From a bacterium (GTDB lineage: Bacteria > Patescibacteriota > Minisyncoccia > Phycocordibacterales > UBA2100): 64,000 bases of DNA. Positions 52,873 through 62,231 of this stretch are shown here, piece after piece. The notes beneath the pieces are model-generated. The model did not search any database, was not told the DNA's origin, and saw nothing but the letters and a program-made list of their open reading frames with translations. Location of the stretch: assembly GCA_030674455.1 (NCBI GenBank), contig JAUSGQ010000007.1:83947-147946 (forward strand). Direction: 5' to 3'. Both the position numbers and the translations under genes were made by a program. How positions within the stretch are numbered: position 1 is the stretch's first letter; each line of letters opens with the position of its first letter.

Positions 52873-54378
52873 ATGGGCATTCCATTCATTAAAAAGTTGT
52901 GGAACAGAGTATCGGGAAAGCCCGCTCTCTTTTTCTACAACACCCTCGGTGCCTCAAAGCAGGAATTTACTCTGCCTCCCCCGGCAAGAACCGTTCGTAT
53001 GTACAACTGCGGGCCGACCGTATACGACGTCCAGCATATAGGCAATCTTTCCATGTTCGTTTTTACCGACACGCTGCGGAAAGTACTCGAATACAATAAT
53101 TATTCGGTCAAGCAAGTCATCAACATTACCGACGTGGGCCATCTGACTTCAGACAGTGACGAGGGCGAAGACAAGATGACCAAGGGCATTGAGCGCGAAG
53201 GGCTCGAGATGACGCTTGAGAATATGCTGAGCCTCGGGGAGAGATATACAGGGATATTTCTGCAAGATCTGACTAATCTCGATATCCCTATTGATAAGAT
53301 CAAGTTCCCGCGGGCGAGCGAGTACATCAAAGCACAAGTGGCGATGATAGCGACTCTTATTGAGAAAGAATTCGCGTATCGCACTTCTGACGGAGTCTAT
53401 TTTGATACCTCTCGATACCCGGCCTATGGAGCCCTCGGAGGATTACACTCGGAAGCCCAAATTGAAGGAGCGCGGATAGCCGCAAATAGAAACAAGCGCA
53501 ACCAGGCAGATTTTGCTTTATGGAAGCTCTCCTCCAGAGGAGGATCCGCCTCCGGCGGAAATATATCAGGCTGGGATAGCCCCTGGGGAAAGGGTTTTCC
53601 CGGCTGGCACATCGAGTGCTCGGCAATGGCACGCGCCGAACTCGGGCAACAAATCGACATTCACACCGGCGGTATCGAGCACATCTCAATACATCACAAC
53701 AACGAAATCGCGCAATCAGAATGTGCGACAGGGCGAAAGCCATTTTCAAGGTTCTGGATGCACCGTGCCCATATACAGATAGACTCTAAGAAAATATCAA
53801 AATCGCTTGGTAACGTTTTATATTTATCAGACATAACCGCTCGCGGGTTACATCCCTTGTCTTTCCGCTATTTGCTTTTGGGAGCGCATTACCGCACACC
53901 TCTTAATTTTACGTGGGCAGCCCTTGCCTCCTCAGAAAAAGCATTTCTCCGGTTGCGCATGATCGCCGACAGTTACCCCGCAGGCGGCAACGTGCCTAAG
54001 CAATATAAAAAGCGATTTCATAAACGCGTCAATGATGATGTGGATACCGCCGGCGCTCTCGCCGTAATTTGGGAAATGGTAAAGGATAATTCGTTGTCTC
54101 GCGCGGACGTCCGCGCCGGTATTTTGGATGTAGACAAAGTGCTTGGACTGAATCTTGCGGGCACTGATGAGAAAGCGACTGCCGCGTGTATTAAACTCTT
54201 TGGCAAGAAGGTTGAGATTGAGCAGTTGCCCGAAAATGTGCGGACAATGATAGATGAAAGAAATGTCGCGCGAGAAAAGAAGGAATGGGAACAAGCCGAC
54301 CTATTGCGCAAGAATATTGAGAACATGGGGTATATTCTGGAAGACACGGGGACAGAAACGATAATTTTCAAGAAATAA
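52873..54378 (+). CDS. cysS: cysteine--tRNA ligase
   Basis: CGPTVYDVQHIGN (HIGH), the zinc ligand region GWHIECSAM, KISKS (KMSKS), and the C-terminal anticodon-binding domain with ARKEKEWEQADLLRKNIENMGYILEDTGTET are present. Confidence 0.85.
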   Translation: MGIPFIKKLWNRVSGKPALFFYNTLGASKQEFTLPPPARTVRMYNCGPTVYDVQHIGNLSMFVFTDTLRKVLEYNNYSVKQVINITDVGHLTSDSDEGEDKMTKGIEREGLEMTLENMLSLGERYTGIFLQDLTNLDIPIDKIKFPRASEYIKAQVAMIATLIEKEFAYRTSDGVYFDTSRYPAYGALGGLHSEAQIEGARIAANRNKRNQADFALWKLSSRGGSASGGNISGWDSPWGKGFPGWHIECSAMARAELGQQIDIHTGGIEHISIHHNNEIAQSECATGRKPFSRFWMHRAHIQIDSKKISKSLGNVLYLSDITARGLHPLSFRYLLLGAHYRTPLNFTWAALASSEKAFLRLRMIADSYPAGGNVPKQYKKRFHKRVNDDVDTAGALAVIWEMVKDNSLSRADVRAGILDVDKVLGLNLAGTDEKATAACIKLFGKKVEIEQLPENVRTMIDERNVAREKKEWEQADLLRKNIENMGYILEDTGTETIIFKK

Positions 54379-54436
54379 CGGAGTTTATCAAAACATTCCA
54401 ACATTCTCAAGAATGTTGGAATGTTTTGACGGCATT

Positions 54437-57400
54437 TCACTCCCCTTCCAAAACAAAATTTACAAGTCGGCTGGGTACATAAATCGTGCGTAATATCTTC
54501 TTGCCCTCCACGCGCGAGCCAACTGCCGCGAGCGCCGCATCTTCAACAGTCTTTTTATCCGAATCAGTCGGCACTTGAACTTCTCCGCGTGTTCTGCCGT
54601 TTATCTGAATTGCGATAGTAACATTCTCGTCTCTCAGCAAAGCAGGATCAAACACCGGCCACTTTTCAAGATGAATCGATGATTTATTTCCGGCTTCATG
54701 CCACAACTCTTCTGTTATATGCGGAGCGAACGGTGATAAAAGCTTCAGAAATACTCCAAATTGTTCCTGGCCGATTGCGCCTTCTTTTTCTATCGCATTC
54801 AAAAGTATCATCAAAGAGCTGATAGCCGTATTGAATTTGAGCAGAGCTATATCTTCTCCAATTTTTTTAACAGTCCTGTGCAACACCGGTTCTATGTTCG
54901 CATTTACTGTCAACTGTGGACTGTCAACTGTAGACTGTCCCATCCGCCACACTCGTTCAAGAAATCTGCGGATTCCTACGACGCCGTCCGGATTCCACGG
55001 GTAGCTTGAAACCTCGTTGTAAGGGCCGATGAACGCAAGATACATGCGCACCGTGTCGGCTCCCAAGCGCTCCACTACCAGGTCGGGGTCAATGACATTC
55101 CCGCGCGACTTGCTCATCTTCTGCCCGTCGGGCCCCAGTATCAAACTCCTGTTCATTCGCCGCTTGTATGGTTCCGATTCCCCCACCAGCCCCAAGTCAA
55201 ATAGCGCTTTGTGCCAGAAGCGCGAATAGAGAAGGTGCATGGTCGTATGTTCCGCTCCTCCCGAATAAAGATTTACGGGCATCCAATTCGCTTGCTTCTC
55301 TTTGCTAGCGAATTCCTTCTTGTTGTTGGGGTCTGTGTAGCGCAGGAAATACCATGACGAATCGACGAACGTATCCAGCGTGTCTGTCTCGCGCTCCGCC
55401 TCGCCTGCGCACTTTGGGCACTTTGCGGCAACCCATTTCTTCGCCTTGGCGAGCGGCGACTTCCCGCTCCCTTCGGGTAGATAATCTTTGACCTCGGGCA
55501 GCTCCACGGGCAAGTCCACGTCTCCGACCGGCTGTGAGCCGCACTTTCCGCAATGGATAATCGGTATTGGCACTCCCCAATATCTCTGCCTCGATACTAT
55601 CCAATCGCGAAGCTTGTAAGTGGTTTTCTTAACGCCCAATTCTTCCGTAATGGCTTCCCTTCCTTTCTGCGATGTCAGGCCACTGAACCTGCCGGAATCT
55701 ATCATCAGCCCTTCTCCCATGTAGGGAAGTTCGCCGCCGTTTTTGTCCGCGTTGTTCCGCGTTTGGGCCGATAGGGTTTGTATCGGCACCTGTAGACGGT
55801 CTGCGTTAATCTGCGCCGATATGACTTCCCTTATGGGAAGACCATATCGGGATGCAAACTCAAAGTCGCGCTCGTCGTGCGCCGGCACTGCCATAATCGC
55901 ACCCGTGCCGTAATGGCCGAGTACGTAATCGGCAATATAAACAGGAATCCTTTCCCGTGTCGCGGGATTGATTGCATCCACACCCTCGAGCCTCACTCCT
56001 GTTTTTTCTTTATTCGTCTGGCGGTCCATATCTGATTTCTTTTCAGTTAGGGCGATATATCGCCCTATTTCCTTCTCATTGCGGAGAAGCCGCTGATGCG
56101 CGAGGGCGCGTTTGACCCAAGGATGTTCAGGTGCAAGCACGACGTACGTTGCACCAAAGAGCGTGTCTGGGCGGGTCGTAAAGACAGTAATGCGCGGCAT
56201 AAGCTGTGCTAATACGAGCGGCTCTTGCGCGCCCAGGAAATGCTCCTCATTGGCTTTTCCTTCTGCTATCTGCGCATCAAGAATGTCGGCTAGGTGTGCA
56301 ATGTACGCCCCGCGCTTGCCTTTTTCCGCCGCATCAGAAAGTACGAGTCTTAAACCGGCAAGCGTCTTGAGTTTGTCGTACTTGATATCCCACGAAAAGT
56401 CTTTCCAATACGTTCTCGGTTCCGCATTCGCAAATGCCGAATCTATTGCCGGAGCTACGAGAACCAACCCGCCTACCGGACGATTTATTTTTTGCAGCAA
56501 TTTCATCGCCACAACTGCTCCCAGGCTATGGCCGATGATGACGGTGTTCTCATCTATGTGGCAGTGGTCGAACACGTATTTGACTTGCTCGTATTCCTTC
56601 GGCTCGCTCGTATTTGGAAGTTCAGGTGCTTGGACGGCATACCCCTTGCTCTCGAGCTCTCGCTTGAGCCACGAAAAAAATGCGCCGGTAGGGCTTCCTT
56701 TGTAGCCGTGCAGAAGCAAAAAATTCGGCTGCGGAGCATTTTTATTCTCAAATTCAATCGGAAAACTTATTTCGGCCCCATTGCTGCGCCCTATCCAATT
56801 CCTTTGCGACTCCTTGATTTGCTCCGGCCAATCTAAGCCGGATAGATCGTCTATCAATCTATCCGCGTAATCCGTTATCTTGATATTCCACTGGAGCATC
56901 TTCTTCTGCACCACTTCGCTGTCACAGCGTTCGCATTTACCGTCCGTAACTTGTTCATTGGCAAGAACCGTTTTGTCTTTTGGACACCAATTAACCGCAG
57001 TCTCTTTTTGATACGCCAACCCTTTCTTAAAAAGCTGCAGGAACAACCATTGCGTCCATTTGTAATAATCAGGGTTGCACGTGATTACTTCGCGCGACCA
57101 GTCAAACGATGTCCCCATAGAGGCAATTTGCTTTTTCATATATGCAATATTCCCTTCCGTCCACGTGCGCGGATTGAGCTTGTTCTTTATTGCCGCATTT
57201 TCCGCAGGCAGGCCGAAGGCGTCAAAACCAATCGGATACATCACGTTCTTGCCTTGCATGCGAAGCGCGCGCGCTAAAATATCCGGCACGGCAAATGCGT
57301 ACCAATGCCCGGCGTGAAGATTTCCGGAAGGATACGGGAATTCTACGAGCAGGTAGAAGTTCTCTTTCTTGCCCGCCGTAGCTTTACTGTGTCCGTCCGT

Positions 57401-57523
57401 AGCCTTGAGCGAAGGAGGAGCGGAGGCGGGACCGGGCGCCTTGTCCGGCGTTGTGTAAATCTTGCTTGTCTTCCAATATTTCTGCCACTTGCGCTCAATG
57501 GCCTTATGGTCGTATTTCTTCAT
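54437..57523 (-). CDS. leuS: leucine--tRNA ligase with an inserted alpha/beta-hydrolase (Ser_hydrolase/YdeN-RBBP9-like) domain preceding the CP1 editing domain
   Basis: LeuRS motifs are FPYPSGNLHAGH (HIGH), NWIGRS, TTRPDTLFGATY plus GTGAIMAVPAHDERDFEFA (CP1 editing), and KMSKS. Between NWIGRSNGAEISFPIEF and ITVFTTRPDT lies a ~195-aa insert with LLLHGYKGSP (oxyanion HG), GHSLG (nucleophile elbow), and candidate Asp (LVLSDAAE) and His (AYIAHL) residues. Confidence 0.85.
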   Translation of the reverse strand: MKKYDHKAIERKWQKYWKTSKIYTTPDKAPGPASAPPSLKATDGHSKATAGKKENFYLLVEFPYPSGNLHAGHWYAFAVPDILARALRMQGKNVMYPIGFDAFGLPAENAAIKNKLNPRTWTEGNIAYMKKQIASMGTSFDWSREVITCNPDYYKWTQWLFLQLFKKGLAYQKETAVNWCPKDKTVLANEQVTDGKCERCDSEVVQKKMLQWNIKITDYADRLIDDLSGLDWPEQIKESQRNWIGRSNGAEISFPIEFENKNAPQPNFLLLHGYKGSPTGAFFSWLKRELESKGYAVQAPELPNTSEPKEYEQVKYVFDHCHIDENTVIIGHSLGAVVAMKLLQKINRPVGGLVLVAPAIDSAFANAEPRTYWKDFSWDIKYDKLKTLAGLRLVLSDAAEKGKRGAYIAHLADILDAQIAEGKANEEHFLGAQEPLVLAQLMPRITVFTTRPDTLFGATYVVLAPEHPWVKRALAHQRLLRNEKEIGRYIALTEKKSDMDRQTNKEKTGVRLEGVDAINPATRERIPVYIADYVLGHYGTGAIMAVPAHDERDFEFASRYGLPIREVISAQINADRLQVPIQTLSAQTRNNADKNGGELPYMGEGLMIDSGRFSGLTSQKGREAITEELGVKKTTYKLRDWIVSRQRYWGVPIPIIHCGKCGSQPVGDVDLPVELPEVKDYLPEGSGKSPLAKAKKWVAAKCPKCAGEAERETDTLDTFVDSSWYFLRYTDPNNKKEFASKEKQANWMPVNLYSGGAEHTTMHLLYSRFWHKALFDLGLVGESEPYKRRMNRSLILGPDGQKMSKSRGNVIDPDLVVERLGADTVRMYLAFIGPYNEVSSYPWNPDGVVGIRRFLERVWRMGQSTVDSPQLTVNANIEPVLHRTVKKIGEDIALLKFNTAISSLMILLNAIEKEGAIGQEQFGVFLKLLSPFAPHITEELWHEAGNKSSIHLEKWPVFDPALLRDENVTIAIQINGRTRGEVQVPTDSDKKTVEDAALAAVGSRVEGKKILRTIYVPSRLVNFVLEGE

Positions 57524-57636
57524 ACTCTTTCTGCCTGCCCGTCCGAAGCTTTACTGTGTCCGTCCGTAGCCTTGTGCGAAGGAGGAGCGAAGGCGGGCCA
57601 GTTCTTTTCTATCTTTTTATGGTCGTATTTCTTCAT
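57520..57636 (-). CDS. 38-aa upstream ORF derived from a partial duplication of the leuS 5-prime end, stop overlapping the leuS ATG (ATGA)
   Basis: It translates to MKKYDHKKIEKNWPAFAPPSHKATDGHSKASDGQAERV, compared with leuS MKKYDHKAIERKW...PASAPPSLKATDGHSKATAGK. The DNA segment 57541-57636 is a near-copy of 57370-57523 with an internal deletion. Confidence 0.4.
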   Translation of the reverse strand: MKKYDHKKIEKNWPAFAPPSHKATDGHSKASDGQAERV

Positions 57637-57705
57637 ATATTTACCATATCATAACGCATACATGCCGAAAACCCCGCATAGTATGCGGGGTTTTCGGCTA
57701 TTAAT

Positions 57706-58662
57706 CTATTGAACCCTGGTTTTTGAATACGGAGGATAACGCTGTGGGTCTATGGTGCGCTCAAAGCAAGTCCTGCCCTCGCCGTGCTGCCAATTATCCG
57801 GAAGTTCTTTGCCGTTTATGGCTACCGGCGACATGGGTCGCGCGACAGAACCATTTCCGTAACTGCTCCCTTCTCGCGCAAATGTTGCGCACAAGCGGAA
57901 CGAAAGTGGCCCCGTTACAGCAAATTCATACTGATCCTTTGTCTGCGGGTCCACCGGAATAATTGTGTTGCTGATGGGGTCGGCAACTTCAAGAAGATTG
58001 GCCGGCAGCTTTTCTTTCTGCTGCCAGTAATTCACGACCTGCCACTGAATAGACTGTAAGTCCTGCACGCGAATATTGTCTTGCTTCCCCTCGCGCAGCT
58101 CCTGCGGAGTCCCCAGGATAAAGAATCCTGCGACGATAGTGACTAGAACAAGTGCGCCGACAGCCCAGTTCACCATTTTTGCTTTTGCGGGCTCGCGCTG
58201 CCAGTAGCCGCGAAGGTCGGCAAGGAAATGCAAAAATGCCAATCCAACTACAAGGAATACTGCAAGAACTTTCAGAAGAAAACCGGCGGTAATATCCTCT
58301 CCTTGCAGATATGTGTTTACGAGTACGATGAGGTCAATGACGATTGTGACCCCTGCGAGAAAGAGAGTAACGAACAGCGCCCATCGGCGTATCCAAATGT
58401 CGCGTCTTGAAGGGTCGTTCGCAATATCGCGGCGAATGAGCCGCATGAGTATTAAAAGAACCGGCGTCAGCACGATGAGGGTCGCCGTCTCATAACTGAT
58501 ACTGGGAGAGCCCGAGTAATACAGGTTAGTTACGGGATTCGGAAAGGCATAATTTATATAGTCAAAAAGAAGCGTGATGAATGCGATGATGCCTCCATAG
58601 AGAGCAACCATGCTCCCTATCCACAAGAAGAAATCCTTTGGCGTTACTTTCGGTTTGTCCAT
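57706..58662 (-). CDS. hypothetical integral membrane protein (318 aa)
   Basis: Several TM helices are followed by a hydrophilic C-terminal domain. No family recognised. Confidence 0.45.
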   Translation of the reverse strand: MDKPKVTPKDFFLWIGSMVALYGGIIAFITLLFDYINYAFPNPVTNLYYSGSPSISYETATLIVLTPVLLILMRLIRRDIANDPSRRDIWIRRWALFVTLFLAGVTIVIDLIVLVNTYLQGEDITAGFLLKVLAVFLVVGLAFLHFLADLRGYWQREPAKAKMVNWAVGALVLVTIVAGFFILGTPQELREGKQDNIRVQDLQSIQWQVVNYWQQKEKLPANLLEVADPISNTIIPVDPQTKDQYEFAVTGPLSFRLCATFAREGSSYGNGSVARPMSPVAINGKELPDNWQHGEGRTCFERTIDPQRYPPYSKTRVQ

Positions 58663-58791
58663 CCCGATAAGAATACCACAGTTGTCAGCTTGTCAAAACA
58701 GTCGCCTAGCCGCTGCTAAAAGGCTCGCATTTCTGCTATCCACAAGAAAAATGAGCGCGCGAGTCGAGACTCAAGTGATAGATTACATTCT

Positions 58792-58968
58792 ATGCTCGTA
58801 CACAAATGCGACCGTTGTAAGAAAACGCTTACCGACCGGGAGTTAACCGTTAAAGCGGGCGTAGGATATGATTCCTATGAATTCTGCAAAAAATGCGGTG
58901 CACCGATCGTGCGTATTTTAAAAGGCTACGGACTCGTAAAGAACTTAAAAACAGGCCTTGCACTTTGA
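58792..58968 (+). CDS. small zinc-ribbon protein (58 aa, CxxC...CxxC)
   Basis: MLVHKCDRCKKTLTDRELTVKAGVGYDSYEFCKKCGAPIVRIL... It is below the ORF-track size cutoff. Two CxxC pairs are spaced 22 aa apart. Confidence 0.3.
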   Translation: MLVHKCDRCKKTLTDRELTVKAGVGYDSYEFCKKCGAPIVRILKGYGLVKNLKTGLAL

Positions 58969-59022
58969 GTGCATGGGCGTCGTTCATATTGCAAGAATAC
59001 GTAGCGGGGCTATACTTGGAAC

Positions 59023-59292
59023 ATGATAAAGAAAAAAGTCACGCTTGAGGTTCTTGCGGCGCGAATACAAAAAGGCTTTGCCTCTGTTGAGACAAAAATG
59101 GAGAAGGGATTCTCTGCTGTAGCAGAAGACATTGCCGATATCAAGCGCGACATTGCCACCAAAGAGCAGGTGGTTGCGCTCCACACGCAGGTACAATCAA
59201 TTGAGACAGAGATTCGCGGCATGAGGCACGCAAAGATGCAATCGCGGGTCACCGATCTCGAAGAACATGCATTTGGTAAAAGCCGCGCCTAA
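59023..59292 (+). CDS. small hypothetical coiled-coil protein (89 aa)
   Basis: It is an intact ORF with a charged helical composition. Confidence 0.35.
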   Translation: MIKKKVTLEVLAARIQKGFASVETKMEKGFSAVAEDIADIKRDIATKEQVVALHTQVQSIETEIRGMRHAKMQSRVTDLEEHAFGKSRA

Positions 59293-59324
59293 ATAGATGC
59301 CGCTGTAAGTTCAGGGGCGTCGCG

Positions 59325-60464
59325 CTAGCTATGCTTGAATTCCATTACGTCACCATCTTGGACGACGTATTCCCTGCCTTCCGAGCGTAAAAGGCCTAAT
59401 TCCCTCGCTTTTGCGTATGCCTGCCCTGCGGAGCCTTGGCGAAGCAGGGAGCCCGATTCGAGTAGTTTCCCGCACTCTATAACGTCGGCGCGGATGAATT
59501 TATCCCTGAAGTCGGTATGAATTGCGGCTCCCGCCTCGGGCGCAGTCGAGCCGCGAGTTACGGTCCATGCCCTCGTTTCGTCCTCTCCTGTCGTAAAGAA
59601 AGATATGAGATTCAGCATTCTATAGCCTGCCCTAATAAGTCCGTTCAGTCCGTCATCCGGCACGCCGAGTTCGCGGCGAAAATTGTCGCGTTCATCTTCG
59701 TGCACATCCCGTAGTTCACCTTCGACTCCAGCATCGACGAACACCCACTCGGCTTTGGAGTCTTCAAGAAATCTCTGAAGCGCTTTCCACGCGTCTCCCC
59801 CTTCTGCATCAACGTTCACGACTCCGCTCTTGCGATTGAGAACGTATAGAACGGGCTTAAGCGTGAGGAGATGCAAGCTCTTGGCCGCTTCCCGCTCGAG
59901 GTTAGTCAGACTAACCCCCCGAGCGGGTTTTCCCTGTTTCAATACCGGCACAATTTTTCGCAACACGTCTCTCTCGGCAATCACCTCTTTATCGCCTCCT
60001 TTTGCATCCCGCTCCGCGCGCTCAAGACTTTTCTCCGCCGTCTGCATATCGGCGAGAACCAGTTCGAGGTTTATAACTTCAATGTCGCTCACGGGGTCAA
60101 TTTCTCCCGAGACATGATGAACGTCATCGTCATGAAAAATCCGCACTACTTCCGCTATCGCATCCACCTCGCGAATGTGAGACAAGAATTGATTTCCCAA
60201 GCCTTCGCCCTCCGATGCACCCTTGACGAGCCCCGCTATGTCCACAAATTGCACAGCGGCAGGAATAGTCTTTGCTGAATGAGACATCTCGGTCAATCTT
60301 CCAAGCCGCTCATCGGGAACTTCTACGACGCCCACCGAGGGGTCAATCGTACAAAATGGATAATTCTCGGCCGGTACTCCTTTAAGAGTGAGCGCATTGA
60401 ACAGCGTTGACTTGCCGACATTCGGTAGACCTACAATCCCTATCGTTAGATTTGAACTCGACAT
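59325..60464 (-). CDS. ychF: ribosome-binding ATPase YchF (Obg family)
   Basis: G1 is GIVGLPNVGKSTLFNALT, the G4 region is present, the TGS C-terminal domain includes GDVMEFKHS, and the conserved LTLKP segment is present. Confidence 0.85.
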   Translation of the reverse strand: MSSSNLTIGIVGLPNVGKSTLFNALTLKGVPAENYPFCTIDPSVGVVEVPDERLGRLTEMSHSAKTIPAAVQFVDIAGLVKGASEGEGLGNQFLSHIREVDAIAEVVRIFHDDDVHHVSGEIDPVSDIEVINLELVLADMQTAEKSLERAERDAKGGDKEVIAERDVLRKIVPVLKQGKPARGVSLTNLEREAAKSLHLLTLKPVLYVLNRKSGVVNVDAEGGDAWKALQRFLEDSKAEWVFVDAGVEGELRDVHEDERDNFRRELGVPDDGLNGLIRAGYRMLNLISFFTTGEDETRAWTVTRGSTAPEAGAAIHTDFRDKFIRADVIECGKLLESGSLLRQGSAGQAYAKARELGLLRSEGREYVVQDGDVMEFKHS

Positions 60465-60501
60465 AATTTGTTAAGCGCCTCGAACATTCTGCAGTAAAAA
60501 T

Positions 60502-61977
60502 TTAGGCCATTAACAGGAAAATTGACAAAGGCATTTCAAGAATTGGTTGTTCGATTTTCCAATCTTCTTTTGTGACTAGAATGCCGAAACTATTTTGCTT
60601 TCCTTGTGTTTCTAGAAACGAGCGAACTGAGTCACGATGATGGTTATCTGTTTGATTTTTATAAACAATTTCAATTGGTATCACGCGACTGCCAACTCGC
60701 ACTACAAAATCAATCTCCTGCTTACCGCTTGGCTCACGATAATACGAGACATCAGAAACGCCGGGGAATAATCGAATAACATTATGAGCAAGTGTTTCCG
60801 CAATTCTGCCGCGTTCCTCTCCCTCAAGAGAAGTAACAACTTTTGTTATTCCCTGCATAAGCACGAGGTCAGCCGCGTATAACTTCGCATGAGTAGAACG
60901 TAAACGCACCGGCTTGCCTGTAAAACGCTCAACTTTTCGGATTAACTCTGTTTGTAGGAGAAGAGGCAATGCTTCAGTGAGCGTAACACGAGTCGTCTGA
61001 ATGAGAGCCGCGAGTTTCTCAAGATTCATTTCGTCGCCCGTGCGCGCAAACGCGTAACGTAAAAATTGATGGAAAATCTCCGGCCGTCTGATTTCTTTCA
61101 CTAGACGCAAATCTTCTAATGTTACGCGTTCAACATACTGTTGGTCGATAAATACGGAACGCTCAACGGCCGTACCCATCAGCCACAATTGGGGAAAGCC
61201 ACCTTTCTGAGCATATTCATCTGCATAAAGATTCCATTGCCTTATTGTGCTTGGTTTTATTTCTTCCTGTAAGCGTCGATTCAATCGCATTACTGATGAA
61301 ACTTCGCCAATGTCCAAAACATCTTCTGCTAACTTGCTCAAAAAGACTCTGTGTTCGAGGTAATGATATCGAACGAACTCACGGAAAGTAAACGGTGGCA
61401 GAGAAATATCAACCAGTCTGCCAAGCAAACTTTCTAGAGATTTCCTGAAAATAGTATGGGATGCCGAACCTGAAATAATAAAACGAATCGGATATCGCAA
61501 ATCAACGTAGCGCTTGATGTATAATTCCCAGCGCGGTAAACGTTGAACCTCGTCAAGAAAACAGTAAAGCGTATCGGGCGATGTGCGCAACGCAGTGCCG
61601 GCAACTTGCGCCCACTGCGCGAGCAATGCCTCAAACAAGGTGCCTTGGTCTTTTTGTGGCAACTGCTGAATCAACGGGTCGTCAAGCGAGAAAAATAGGA
61701 TTTTATTGACCGGGATTTTCTTTTCTTCAATCAAACAGCGGATAACCTGATTTATAATGGTTGTTTTGCCGACACGGCGCGGACCGTTAATCAGCAAAGC
61801 GAGTCCGTGAGTCGCCTCCGTATGGCGCATGGCCTGAATAAACGCATCCCGTTTGAAATCGGGAACTCCGGGTATTGAAAACGACTTTGTTTTCCACCAC
61901 GGATTGTACGCAAGCAGGAATTGCCGTAAGTTATGTATACCTAGGGCTTCAAGGTATTTTTGCGGGTTTTTAGACAT
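60502..61977 (-). CDS. AAA+ ATPase of the DUF4143 (AAA_14-like) family
   Basis: Walker A is LLINGPRRVGKTTI and Walker B is LYCFLDEVQ. A C-terminal DUF4143-like region is present. Confidence 0.6.
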   Translation of the reverse strand: MSKNPQKYLEALGIHNLRQFLLAYNPWWKTKSFSIPGVPDFKRDAFIQAMRHTEATHGLALLINGPRRVGKTTIINQVIRCLIEEKKIPVNKILFFSLDDPLIQQLPQKDQGTLFEALLAQWAQVAGTALRTSPDTLYCFLDEVQRLPRWELYIKRYVDLRYPIRFIISGSASHTIFRKSLESLLGRLVDISLPPFTFREFVRYHYLEHRVFLSKLAEDVLDIGEVSSVMRLNRRLQEEIKPSTIRQWNLYADEYAQKGGFPQLWLMGTAVERSVFIDQQYVERVTLEDLRLVKEIRRPEIFHQFLRYAFARTGDEMNLEKLAALIQTTRVTLTEALPLLLQTELIRKVERFTGKPVRLRSTHAKLYAADLVLMQGITKVVTSLEGEERGRIAETLAHNVIRLFPGVSDVSYYREPSGKQEIDFVVRVGSRVIPIEIVYKNQTDNHHRDSVRSFLETQGKQNSFGILVTKEDWKIEQPILEMPLSIFLLMA

Positions 61978-62231
61978 AATTCTTTATATTATAGCTATGT
62001 ATACTATACTATACATAGCTAATTATGCTGTCAAGAGGCGCTTTCGTCCACGATTTTTATCTCCTCGTCGTTAAGGCCGAGTATACCAGAGCCATGCGCT
62101 ACTGGCGACGTAGCGCACAGACAAGTCAGCGCTCAGACTTGTCGGGAGTTGCGGCGGAGGGAGAAATATTTACAGATGATTAGGGTAAGCAGCACGGAAG
62201 TCCGACTTCCATACTTAGACCGATTAGTAGA

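Noticed and set aside
56112-56705. 197-aa plus-strand ORF
   Set aside because: It is antisense to leuS.
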